This document shows positions 1 to 12,300 of a stretch of DNA of 64,000 nt, piece by piece. The position numbers and the translations under genes were made by a program. Within the stretch, counting starts at the first letter, position 1; every line of letters starts with the position of its first letter. The notes below the pieces were generated by a model. It had not been told where the DNA came from and searched no databases. It saw nothing but the letters and a program-made list of their open reading frames with translations. The stretch is from Macrostomum lignano. Lineage: Eukaryota. The stretch is from the NCBI GenBank assembly GCA_002269645.1, contig NIVC01002090.1:1-64000 (forward strand). The letters run 5' to 3'.

Positions 1-489
1 AAGGTGATTAGCCAAATCTGATTAGTCAAAATGATTAGCCAAAGGTGATTAGCCAAAGGTGATTAGCCAAAAGGTGATTAGCCAAAATGATTAGCCAAAA
101 CGTGATTAGCAAAGGTGATTAGCCAAATCTGATTAGTCAAAGGTGATTAGCCAAATCTGATTAGCCAAAGGTGATTAGCCAAAAGGTGATTAGCCAAATC
201 TGATTGTCAAAGGTGATTAGCCAAAGGTGATTAGTCAAAGGTGATTAGCCAATCTGATTAGTCAAAGTGATTAGCCAAAGGTGATTAGCCAAAGGTGATT
301 AGCCAAAGGTGATTAGCCAAACGTGATTAGCCAAAGGTGATTAGCCAAATCTGATTAGTCAAAGGTGATTAGCCAAAGGTGATTAGCCAAACGTGATTAG
401 CCAAGGTGATTAGCCAAATCTGATTAGTCAAAGGTGATTAGCCAAAGGTGATTAGTCAAAGGTGATTAGCCAAAGGTGATTAGCCAAAC
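1..489. repeat. 14-bp minisatellite (AAAGGTGATTAGCC), about 35 copies, in an LRRIQ1 intron
   Basis: Tandem units visible directly; the array abuts the GT donor at 489. Confidence 0.95.
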
Positions 490-3400
490 CTGAATTCTCG
501 CCGCCGCCACTCCAGCCGACTCAAATTTTCGTCCATCTTCTTTCGGAACAAGTAGCCCCGATAGGTGGCCTGTATTTTCACCGCGGCAGCTGTTTCTAAT
601 GACATTGGCGCCAGTTGTGGCGCCATTTGTGGCGCGGGTTGTGGCGCCGTTTGTGTGGCGCCATCGGCCGCGTCGTTTTATGCTGCGCCGATTTGGGTCC
701 CGAAACGCTGCCGCTTCTGCCACCGCCGCCGCGCCGCCCGCCGCCGCCACCGCCGCCCGCCACCCAGACTGTCTTCAACGCCATCATATTCGAGCAGGTC
801 GGCCTGTCTGGCGTCCAAAAAGTGCTCAAACTCCTGATAGCAGCGATGCCGCTTCGCAGCCAGAAAACTGTCGCCATAGAAACGACGACAGCGCCGAAGT
901 CGGACGAGCGGCGGGCCGCAGAATGCCGGACATGGCTGGCCTCGCGCTCCCAAATTGGACGGAAAATTCCAGGCACTTTCTTAGAAACTGCGAGGCCGGA
1001 GCCCCGCCTCCTCCAATTCGATTTCGTCGCCGTTTTCGACCAGGCGTCGCCGTGCTCGATTGGTCTCAGCCAGTCGGCGACGGAGGGCGGCAGCTCCTGA
1101 GCCAGGATTTCTGCTCAGCCGGAGCTGCTCCACGACTGGCGCTGGCGACTCGGCCGAAGTCAGGGTGTTGACAACCGAGAGGCAGTCGTCAGCCGACAGG
1201 CAGTTAGCGGACAGGTCCAGCTGGCGGAGCAGCGGACAGCGGGCGAGCAGGTGCGGCAGCGCCGAGGCCGCGGAGCTCGCCGAGCCCAGCTGGTTGGCGC
1301 TGAGGCGGCACTCGCGAAGGCAAGGCAGCCAGAGGGGGCGGCCGCCGCCTTCGCCGGATGTCGCCGCCGCTGGCAGGTCCTTCAGCGAGTTCTCAGCCAG
1401 ATTCAACCGGATTAGCAGGGGACTGTTGCTCAGGCTGGGGAACTGCAGTTTCAAATAGATATCCGGCATGTATGAATGATCATTTCGGAGCCTGTGAGGA
1501 TCATTCGGGGCGCCCGTTATGATCGTTTTTGGAGTTTACTATGATCGATTTTGCGTCTATTATGAACTTTTTGGCGTCTATTGTGATCATTTTTGGAGTC
1601 TATAATGAAATATCTGGCATCTATTAGATTGTTTTGGCGTCTATTATGATCGTTTTGGCGTCTATTATGATCATTTTTGCAGTTATCATGACCATTTTTG
1701 TCTATCATGATCATTTTTGACGTCTATATGATTGTTTTGGGCGTCTATTATGATCGCTTTTGGACGTCTATTGTGATCGTTTTTGGCGTCTATTGTGATG
1801 TTTTTGGCGTCTATTGTGATCATTTTTGGCGTCTATTATGATCATTTAAGGCATCAATCATGATAATTGATCAATTTTAATTATGATCAATTTTGGCACA
1901 TTGCATGATTGGTGGTAATCTAAAATACTGAAGAGATGGAAAAATCAGTATTCAACATCAAATTCTTTATTAGACAAAATTTGAATGACCTTCTGGCATC
2001 GCTACTAGCTAGTGGTCAGTCGATCTGGCAACAAGGACCATGTGTCAAAGCAGGAGTGCCAGCTTACATGCGTCAGGTTGTTCTCGCTGAGATCCAGATC
2101 AACTAGACAGGGCAGGCCGCCGGCGGAGTCGAATGCGCCGATGTGATTGCTGCCGAGGTTCAGCCAGATGATGGATGGCAGCAGCTGCAGGGCTGAGGCT
2201 GGCGCTTCGGTCAGCTGATTTCTGCGGCGTTTAGGCGCAGCAGGCGCGGCAAAAGTACGCCGAAATCTGTTGGGCAGAAGCGGATATTGTTATTGATAAG
2301 GGTACACTTTTGCTAGATGTACTTTTGCTAGAAGTACTTTTGTTTGGCGAACTTTTAGTTGTACTTTAGTCTAATGATGAAGTTGTTATATTTACTTTTT
2401 TAAGCTGCATGTTAGAACAATCACTCTACGAGTGTAGCTATAATTGCGCTTAAAAACAAATTTACTTAGAAAATTTTATTTAAAAAGTAACTTTTTAATG
2501 AGTACTTTATTAATGTACTTTTACAGGATGCACTTTCTAATCAGCGCACTTTCTAATCAGCTTCCAGCTCGGAAAACGTAGAGTCATACATAATAAAAGT
2601 ACAAATAACTCACTCAACCGCGTCAGTCTATTGCCGCTGACGTCAAGGTGTGTCAACCGTTTGGTCGTCTCCAGACCGTGCAGCGATGCGACCCGGTTGT
2701 TTGAAGCGTCCAGATAAAACAGCTGCTCCAGACCGGTGACGTCCACGTGCAGCAGCGAGTTTCTCTGGAGGGTTTTTTATAATCGGGTTAATTCGTTGGT
2801 TTATCTTCCTGGGATGTTTAGTTTGCCTCGGAGGCAAATGGTTGTTTTGAGAGCGCTGTTTTAATGGCGCTGTTATGGTGGCGCCGCTATGGTTGGCGCT
2901 GTTGTAGTGGCGCTGTCATGGAGACCAATAGTCTACTGCAGCTCCCAGAAGCAGAGGACAGCAAAATCGACTCACCGAAACGTCGAGCAGCTGCAGCTGC
3001 GGGCAGCAAGCCGCCAGCTCCGGCAGGTGGGGCAGCCCGCAGCCGGTCAGCCGGAGGGCGCGCAGGGCGACGCACCGGCCGAGGAAGTCGGTGACGATGC
3101 CGACTGGCGGAGGCGGCGACGGCGACACTAAACTGAGGGCGGCGGCTTCGCCGGGCTTGGTGACCTCCGCTGTGCCGTCTGCGTCGACAGCGACGGCGAG
3201 AAGTCGAGTTCGCGCCGCCGACGCCTCCTCGGGCGACAGCGAAGCCATCGCGTCCGCCGCCGCCCGCTGTTGCCGACGTGGCCGACGCTTCGGACTCGGC
3301 GCTGATGCGGCCGCGGCGGCGGCGGAAGCGACAGCCGCGTAGGTTGGCTGCGACTTGAGCCACGACAGGCGGGCGATGAACAAATCCTGCCCCAGGTCGC

Positions 3401-6400
3401 TCATGTGGTCCGTGGTTCGTTCGCGAGCCGGCGCAGAGTTGAATGTGGCGGCCGCGGGTTCAGCATTCGGCTTGTTGAGCTCGGCTCTGGAGATAGGCTG
3501 CTTGGAGTCTGAGTTGGCTGATTGAACACCAGACTTGGCTGTTTGCTCAGATGACTGCTCACTTGGGGTCTTTACTGCGTCTGAGTCGACTTTGTTAGAT
3601 GCAGGCAGAGGATTTACTGGGGTGTCTGGTCGGACAGAATCTGCTTCTGATTGTCTGGGGGTCGCCTTTGGTGCTGGCGATTTGGACTCTTCGATTTCCG
3701 TTGCTGAAGCATCCGGAGATTCGAGAGCTGGTTGTTGCGAAGGGGTTTCGAGTTTTGAAGGCCTGACGGACTTTGGTGAGTACGGTGGCGCAGTGGACTC
3801 TGGAACTGCAGCGACAGTCTCTCCTGTTGATGCCGCTGTCGCTAATTCTTTGTTACAAGAAGTTGAATCCTTAGTTGCTTTCTCAATCGAAGCTTTACCA
3901 ACAGCTTCTATTGCTGAGTCTTTGTTGCTGGTAGATGGAGAATCTTTGTTTTCTACCGCAATAGATTGTTTGGCATTGTGAAGTGAATCTTTTAAGTCAG
4001 TCTTGTTCTCATTAGCAGCATCTGTTGAGTCAAATGTTTCCAACACTTTTTTATCCACCTGTGCTGAGTCTTTGTTCTCAATCTTTTCAGGAGAGTCTTT
4101 GCTTTCTACCGTCGCCAAGTCTTTACTCTCAATCGAAGCGGGATCTTTTTGGTCCACTGTTTCTGAGTTGTTCTCCACCGCTTTCGAGTCTTTGTTCTCT
4201 TCTTCTTTCAAGTCTTTGTTCTCTTCTTCTTCTGACTCTTTTTTCTCTAATTCTTCCGAGTCTTTGTTCTCTACCGCTTCTGTCTCTTTGCTCGCTACTT
4301 CTTCTGACTCTTTGTTCGCTACTTCTTCTGACTCTTTGTTCGCTACTTCTTCAGAATCTTTGTTCTCAACCGTTCTGGAGTCTTTCTTTCCTATCTGTAT
4401 CGATTCTTCGTTATGCACAGACGTCGCGTCTTTTCTCTCTACAGACGACGAATCTTTGTTTTCCACTGTCGCTTTACCGTTGTTTTCAACTGGCGCCGAG
4501 TCTTCGTTGTTATCAGATAGTGGCGGCGCCTTCCGCGACGTTGCGCGAGCGCTGGTCGGTCGTTTCTGACCACCAGCTGCCGCATCGCCAGCGGTTGCTT
4601 TTTCTTTTTCTCCCGTCTTCTTCTTCTTCGTAGTGTCAGAGTTTTGGGTCGGCTTCTGCTGCTGCTGCTGGACCTTCTTTGCCGTTGGCTTGACGCTCGA
4701 CGTATCGCCGATGGGTCCTGGCGTGTAGTTGGGATCTCGCACCTCGGTCAGCGGCGGGAATCGCTGATCCGGCAACACGTAGGTGCCGACGCCGCGGCCC
4801 GACGGCTTCTTGTCGTCCTCCGCCACCGTCGCCTCCTCCTCCTCCTCCGGCAGTTCAGCAAGCGGCTGCTGCTGCGGCTGCGGAGCGGCCGAACTGACTC
4901 GACTAGAGCTTCTGGAACTGGCGCGGGAACTGAGGCGGCTTTCGCCCTCCTGCCGGCGCCTGTGATGTTCCAGAGCTTTTAACCGTTCGCGCTCTTTCTC
5001 TAGGCGAACCACCTGCAGATAATTGGAGCTCTGCGCTCTGATTTCTGTGTACTACTGACTAGGAAGTTTGATAGTAGCAGTGATAAGGTGGTCCTAATGA
5101 GTAATGACACTAAACTGACTACTATCTATACTGACTACACTATGCTGACACAAAAACTCTCGCACTGACACTAAAATGGTCCTACCAACATAAAAACTGT
5201 CATACGACAACTTGTCCCTCTATGCGCACTGCACACTGTTCAGCCACACTACAACAAATTCAAGCGTAGCAGGGTGAGCCTCGAAGATGACCGCCTACGG
5301 CCCGACTAACCAGGAGAAACTAGGAGAACCAGCTTGCAGTTGCCAAGCTCCTTGATCAGGATCACCGGATTAGAGTTGCCACAAATACGCACATGTTTCT
5401 TCTGGGACTGTCAGGGCTCTGTCACAGATTTCCAGTACGCTGAACAGTCCAGAAGAGGCGGAGGAAACTGAGTGCCAGCCCCCTGCTGCTTCACAACAAC
5501 GCTTCATGCAGCTCACACCGCCCAAGGTTGCGGTGAATGCTGCCACCACTGCGGGGTTCGTTCTGCCTGCTCAAGCGACCGCTCTGTGGGCACCATCTTG
5601 AGTTCAACGAGGAGGTCATCAGCCTCGCTAACGAGTGGCTGGAAGACTAATTAGCCGAGTTCTGCACCAGCGGCATCCGGGCGCTGCGGTACCGATGGCA
5701 GAGAAGTGCATTCATTCATCGCCAAGGTGACTATGTTGTGCAACAATGCAACGTTATTCGAAAGTTTTTGCCCTAAATATGTGAACGACAAAAATCTTGA
5801 ATTCCCCTCGCACTGACACTAAATTGACGTCACTGACGCTAAAATAGCTCCACTGATACATAATTTATCCTTTTCTATAGCTGAGATTTGGCAACCAACA
5901 GAATTGAACACCAGCTATTCAACAACAACAACCAGCCGCAGTTCTCAGTTCCCACCTTCTCATTGAACACTTTCCGTCGAGCCCGTTCTAACTGTCGTTG
6001 AATGTCATCGCCAATCCGATTGCGAATCCGGTAGCCGCGAAATCTGCGCTGAATGGTCAGGGCGGCGGCGTGACGTCGATTGGCGATGACGGACTCGCTC
6101 AGCTGGCGCAGTTCGTCAGTGCGACAGCGCTCTTCGGCCAGCAGGGCATCGTAGGATTCCAGCTGCTTCTGGCGTGGGGAGCGGCGGTTGCGGGTTTGAT
6201 TCTTACATTTCAGCAATGCGACAGTCGGCCCGCAGCCAGGAGGAGGCAAGTAGTCTTGCCCACTCCTCTGGCACTTTCCCTATGCTGCACTTACCTTCTC
6301 CTCTTCCGCAAGCAGCTTCTCAGCTTCATCATCATCGTCGGTCGGTGGAGGAGGCTGCTCCGGCAGAGTCGGTTTCTTTTCTTCCGACCATTTGCGCCTG

Positions 6401-7784
6401 TGACTGGCCTTGGTCAGGTCGTTGTAGAGACGCCAGCGCTAAAATGTTGCAAATCAGTTTGCAAAAATTTTTTTTGAAGTAGTAACTGTCGTAAGTGTCC
6501 TATGTACCTTTTAGGCCATTCCAGTTCCGCAAGGAAACAGTAATTAGATTGCTGGAGGAAAAAATTGTGCAAGGGGAAGCTCCCACTTTAGCGCGTGAAC
6601 TTGAGAGAAGGGAATCCCCCATTTACGTGACCTTGGGAGAAGGGAATCCCCCATTTACGTGACCTTGGGAGAAGGGGAAAGACACCATTTAGAGGTGACC
6701 TTGGGAGTAGGGGAATCCCCCATTTACATGGCCTTGGGAGTAGGGGAAGACCCCATTTACATGACCTTGGCAGACGAGAAAGCCCTAATTCACATGACCT
6801 TGGGAGGTATCTGGAGGTTTTAAGAGATTGAGAGTCCAAATTCAATGACCAAAGGAAAACAGTGAAACCAAAACTACATTGATGCTGTCAAACCTCAGTT
6901 TTGAGCTGTATGAGCTCCTCCTCCGTCTCCATCCAGGCCTCGATGATTCGCTTGTCCAAATTGCTCGAGTCCAGCTGGCGCACCGTCATGATGGACGACC
7001 GTCCGGACCGAAGCCCGTCGTCAACGTTGTCCGTCGATGGCGCCGGAGTGGCATCGGACGGCAGGTCCAGCGGAGGAACGGGCGGCGCTTCGGTCGACAG
7101 CTCGGCTTCGGTTTCTGCTGCCTCCTCAGCCTCCAGCTGATCGAGGAAGCCGGGCGGCAGGCTGGGCTGCTTGGCAGTTGCCGCCGAGTCCGCGGCAGCC
7201 TCGGTGGAGTCCAGCTCGGTCTGCAGTCGGCTGTAGTAGTCGCCGAACTGACTGTCCAGAGCGGTTGTCCAGTCGTCTGCATCCTGGAGTTTGACAGTTG
7301 TAGGAAATTTGCTCGGTTATTTGCAGGGGAGCTTTGAGCACTGTCGCAAATCAAGGCGCCACTCGACCCGTCAAACCCATTCCGTTGATCCCCTGAGCAC
7401 GCATGGGGACCAGTACGGAGAGTTGTTTCACATAGTGTACAGCGGCCCTGACTTTCTCATCGCTAGGCATGTACACTCACTGTGTCCTGGGGGCTTGGCC
7501 TCAGAATGGCGAATTGCACGAGAAATGCTTTGCACAAACCCCATTTTATATGAAATTGGAATCCGACCTCGTAAATGAGACCCCAGTAGTTACTGAGCTC
7601 CCTCCCTATATAGAAAACTCATTGGCAATAAATCTTCAGTCCATACCTCAGGAGGTTCAGTGCTCTCTGGATCCGCCTGTACATCGTTTGACTCCTCGAG
7701 ACTTTCATTTAAAGATGCATCGTCAATCAGCTGCAGCTGCTGCTCGATTTCTTTTTCGACATCTTCAGAAATTTCCTCGTACAT
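490..7784 (-). CDS. LRRIQ1: Leucine-rich repeat and IQ domain-containing protein 1-like; multi-exon, 3' end beyond window start, frame disruptions in this assembly
   Basis: GT-AG exons traced by hand on the minus strand: 7784-7647 (MYEEISEDVEKEIEQQLQLIDDASL), 7283-6894, 6438-6295, 6168-5956 (IQ motif AALTIQRRFRGYRIR), 5012-2976 (charged/low-complexity region, RLSWLKSQ, first LRRs), 2764-2614, 2266-2068, 1442-490 (LRRs, then a second IQ motif AAVKIQATYRGYLFRKK). The order acidic N-terminus, IQ, charged region, LRR block, IQ matches LRRIQ1 as I recall it. Phases are consistent except a 1-nt deficit in 2266-2068 and TAA stops at 981-983 and 678-680. Confidence 0.8.
1517..1880. repeat. 21-23-bp degenerate minisatellite (TTTTGGCGTCTATTATGATCR)
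   Basis: Tandem units in the LRRIQ1 intron 1443-2067. Confidence 0.9.
5200..5810 (+). mobile_element. Degenerate, internally deleted mariner (Tc1/mariner) transposase remnant
   Basis: Broken frames give HYNKFKRSRVSLEDD (cf. mariner W.EFKRGRTSLEDD), LLLHNNA..AHTAQVAV, GHHLEFNEEVI..EWLED..FCTSGIRALRYRWQ-KCI..GDYV (mariner C-terminus). Ends in a TIR-like CCCCTCG at 5804-5810. Stops and frameshifts throughout; left boundary approximate. Confidence 0.8.
6595..6810. repeat. 32-bp minisatellite (GACCTTGGGAGAAGGGAATCCCCCATTTACGT), about 6-7 copies
   Basis: Tandem units in LRRIQ1 intron 2. Confidence 0.9.
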
Positions 7785-9338
7785 GGCGCGCCTCGTAGTT
7801 TAGAAATGAGAGTGCGCCGGATTATTTTACTCAGCTTTGCATCAAAGCTGGAACAAGAAAATCGAACGAACGAATAGAATCTTAGAGTCCAAATATTTAA
7901 AAAGTTAGATTTCGCCAGATTTCATTCCTTTCTCAGAAAATCAGACAAACTGAACAAATGCATATGGTAATTACTAAAAAACGAGGCATGTACCGAAAAG
8001 CAAAAAATCCAATTTAAAAAAACAACTCAAAACCCGATGTTTACCTGTTTGCTTGACACAAGAATGAACCTTACGCTATTTGACAGTTCCTATGTGCCTT
8101 CGATTCTAAATCTAACTGGTACGAGCTAGCTACACACATTATGAAATTTACAAGCAACGTAAATAAATCACAAAAAAAGGACAGCTAAAACCTTTATATT
8201 CTCGAAATTATTAAAATTACTCATAGGAGAATTCGCCTGATAAATATTTTTCACACAGTTTTAATGCAACAAATAGCTTATTTAGTGAGTTATAATTTAA
8301 GCAAAAAATTGTTTGTCATAGTAACTATATTTTTATATATTATTTTATATTAAATATTATGTCATCACAAAAAGTTTTCAAAAACTTCCTCCATTAATTC
8401 AGTAAATTTGATTTGTAGTAGAGTGCTATTCAATAAGTTTTAAAAAGCTTTCTGGACCACCGACGATTATTGTTAAATATGTTAACCAACAATTTAAATG
8501 AAATACCTACTTAAGCCAAAGTAAAGTAAATCTACAGGTGGCTGGCGTGCATTTGGTAAACAGGCATTAATCCTTCTTTTTTATATCAAACTTCCCGCCT
8601 CAGTCAGTCTTGCACGCGGCCCGGTATGATGGCCAGCTAATTTCCATAAGTCGGAAATACTTCATTATTTACAATAATATGCTTTGCTATGGTTCCTAGA
8701 ATGCGTAAGATTCATAAATTTCAATAATTGCTGTTAAAATAAAAGCATTGGGTTAGGATATGGCGACTTTTGGGTTAAACTAAGCACGATATTCAGATTT
8801 AAGATTGCCCTGAATTCATGAGAAATATGTCACTATTAAAATTATTCATTTACATTAACAACAAAGTAAAACAAAAAGTATTAAAACTACGAGTAATTTT
8901 ATTTCGTAACTTTATATAAACTACGCTTTCAACTACTTTTTCATTTTATGAATGTCTAAAAGTATCATACTAATACTTTTGATAAAATATATTTTGTAGA
9001 AAATTTTGCAATATTTTAAGTTAAAACGAAATATTATACTTTGATTTTGGAATATGTAGTAAAACGAATAGTAGCTGAGTCATCAGAACGACTTTCAACA
9101 TATTTCCTAAATGTTTTGCACTATTAAATTGTATCTTTGAAATCGGCAAAATTTTGTATTAGAAATACATATTTGGTTTGCAGTTGCACCAAAATTCACT
9201 TGTATTACAAACTATTGTTATTTTTTGGGTAACACTAGGCTGTGCCTGTAGGCATAGATCTGAGTGCTCCTATAGTGTAGAATATCCATTATAAATAAAA
9301 TTCAAACGTGTGATTTCATGCAACTATAGTTTCCAAAA

Positions 9339-12300
9339 ATGCAGAAGCAAAAGAACTTGCTAAATTTGCAAAATCTTGTCAAGAGGGATCCACAGTCTTA
9401 CATTCAAGAAGTAAGTTGTAAAGACAAAGAAGGTTTTATAAAACTGAAACGAATTAATTCTATTATTTATTAATTATTATTGAGTTAAACTTCCTTTTCC
9501 TTATATCATTTTTTAAATCTGTCCTTTACTATAGTATAGGTATCATTTTTAGTCTTAGGCCTAATATAAAACATATTTGCTAATATTAATAATAGATTAG
9601 TTTTTATTAATATTGGTAAAGTTTAAAGAAAGCTACAATACCCATTGACATTTAACATATTGTCATTAGTTCTTGCCATTCAAATTAAAATAACTTTGTT
9701 TTAAACTTATCAAATAACATGCTTTCAAAAAAACTATATATAAAAACTATATATGCCCCTTATAATTTTATATACCTTGGAATCTCAGACTCATACATGC
9801 ACAACCCCTTTGATTTAAACTGGCTATGCAACTTACTTTTTCACCAAAAATGCAACTTACCTATGAAAGAAACCCTAAAGCAAAAATTAATATAATTTTG
9901 GATAAATAGTAAGAGTAGGCCTAAGCCCTATGACTGTCTTATTATGGGCTAAATGCCTTATCGCCTAATTAGTACTATGAGGGGCATCCGGAAAGTAGTG
10001 TTACTATTACTTGGTGTAGACATATAGAAAGTTGCACTTGCATGAGTTTGATATCATTTGAAAGTGGCAAGTCTCTTCTTTAAAATGACACTAATTATAA
10101 GAGATTTGAATATGTGCTTCAAGAGATATGGATAATTAAGTAGAAAAAGGTCATTTTAAAGAAGAGACTTGCCGCTTTTAAATGACATCAAACTCATGCA
10201 AGTGCAACTTTCCATACATCCATACCGAGTAATAGTAACACTACTTTCCAGATGCCCCTTGTACATTTATATTCTTTTGGAAGGGAATTTTTGCAATTTA
10301 CCTCTGGTCTAACATATTTTATGGTGGCCAGATCAACTAAGTTAGCTAGTAATTGTACATGTCTACTTAGACTAATAGCTAGACTAGCAACTTATACTTA
10401 AAAGTTTAGTATAAGTTTAGTATTAAGACAAGTACTAAAATCATTAAACTGATATTTTAATGGTACATACTTAAAAATAACTTACTTGGAATTATATTTT
10501 ATATATTGTCATATCACACTATGACACTATGATTTACAGTCATTGGTAGCAACATTATTAGTGACTTGCATATGTTGTAGTGGTCTATAGTCATTAGAAT
10601 TCAGCATACAAAAATTATCTAAATGTAACTTCAACTTCTATTCTATTATCCTATAGCCAATTGAGCTAATATGCATCTCTATACAATAGACCAAAGGCTC
10701 AATTAATTGAATCTTAATAATAATATATATGCTAGATTATATACTCAATAATACTCAATAAGTCATTACTTTCTATATTCACTTTGTATATTATATAAAG
10801 CAATTTTTATTTTATATTTCTTTTATTTATTGTTTTGTTCATTAGTTGTATTGTCTGACTTAATATATTATACAATATATACTTTTGTAGCAAAAAGTGC
10901 AAAATATAAAAGACTTGATATAAAATATAAATTAGCTAGCAGTTTAAATGTTTTGTCTATTCAACAATTGTTTCTTAGTGTCTCAACATTCAATCTATTA
11001 AGTATATATCATTGACTAGCAAAAAACATACATGTATATTGCTAAACTGACTTATTTAATTAACTTATTGCCAAACTGACTATTACTGAATGAACCTATC
11101 ATTAAATGAATTGGTTCCTATCTAAACCTCCCAGCTTTAGAGAGTTTGAAAGGACCTGATTGGATAAACTGTGCCAACCCCTATGCTAGAATTTTGTGTT
11201 TTTGTGTTGCATGATATCTAATAGGAATTTCGGCATGGTGGAGAACTAGCATAATGTATTTTTTACCAGAGAGCCTCATCAGATTACTGCATATGTTTAA
11301 ATTATCCGCTCAGCTGTCTGAATAACTGCTTATGTAGTTGCAGTTAGGTAATTGGCCCATATGTGGATTAGTCTATTCAAACTTTCGCATCCTTCAAATA
11401 TTTGACTTGTTATTTTTTTAGTTTGAAACCGCATACGACTTCTTTAAAAGTCTGTTCGATGCATTCAAACTTGCGCCAACTAAATATGACAGAGAGCTGG
11501 CTGAGCAGGTCATGTTCGTCTCGCAGGTGACGTAGCGTAATGATTTGCAAGTTGTTTTTATTGAATTAAAACAAACGATTGTGGAAGAAGAAAACTGTTC
11601 AAACTTTTCGCTTCTTCTACAGGTGTCTCATTGCTATCGGGACAAAGTGGCGGACTTTCCGCTTATGCTCATATCGCTGCTTAAACAGAGCGCCAGTCTT
11701 ATGGACTCCGAGATGCGAATGGTGAGTTTATATATTCATCGTGTTGAAACGTGTCCATAGGCTCTGACAGGGTGTACAGCAGTGGCCCTGAACTTCTCGT
11801 CGCTAGGCAGTGCAAAAGTTCGAGGACTGCTAATTTAGTAGAAATAAGTCAACATAAATTTCTTACCTCAGGCCTTCTGCAAAGCCCTCATCCTGATGCG
11901 CAACAAAGGCTTGGTGACTCCTCTAGACATTATGCAGCTATTCTGTCGCCTATTCAAATGCCAGGACAAACTGCTTCGCCGAACCCTATCTAGCTATATT
12001 GTGCAGGACGTGAAAAATGTCAACGCCAAGCATAAGAATGCCAAGCTGAACTCTGTAAGTAGTTCATCTTAATTTATAATTGATGCAATGGTGTCGAGAC
12101 CATGTGGCGATTCAATAATTCAGTAGGGATATATGATTTTTATAGCACACTTGAGACTGCTGTGCACAGCTCTCTGATCTGCTACCCCTATGACCCCCAT
12201 GTACCTGATCTTCTTACAGCTGAATTCTTCTGGCCCAAATTTCCTCTTAATATCGGTGCTGTGTTCACATTAGTAGAGAATGAGATCACGAAAGCCAAAA

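Noticed and set aside
3535-4982. Plus-strand Ser/Leu-rich ORFs, and similar ones at 565-1458, 5998-6482 and 6879-7337
   Set aside because: Antisense shadows of LRRIQ1 exons.
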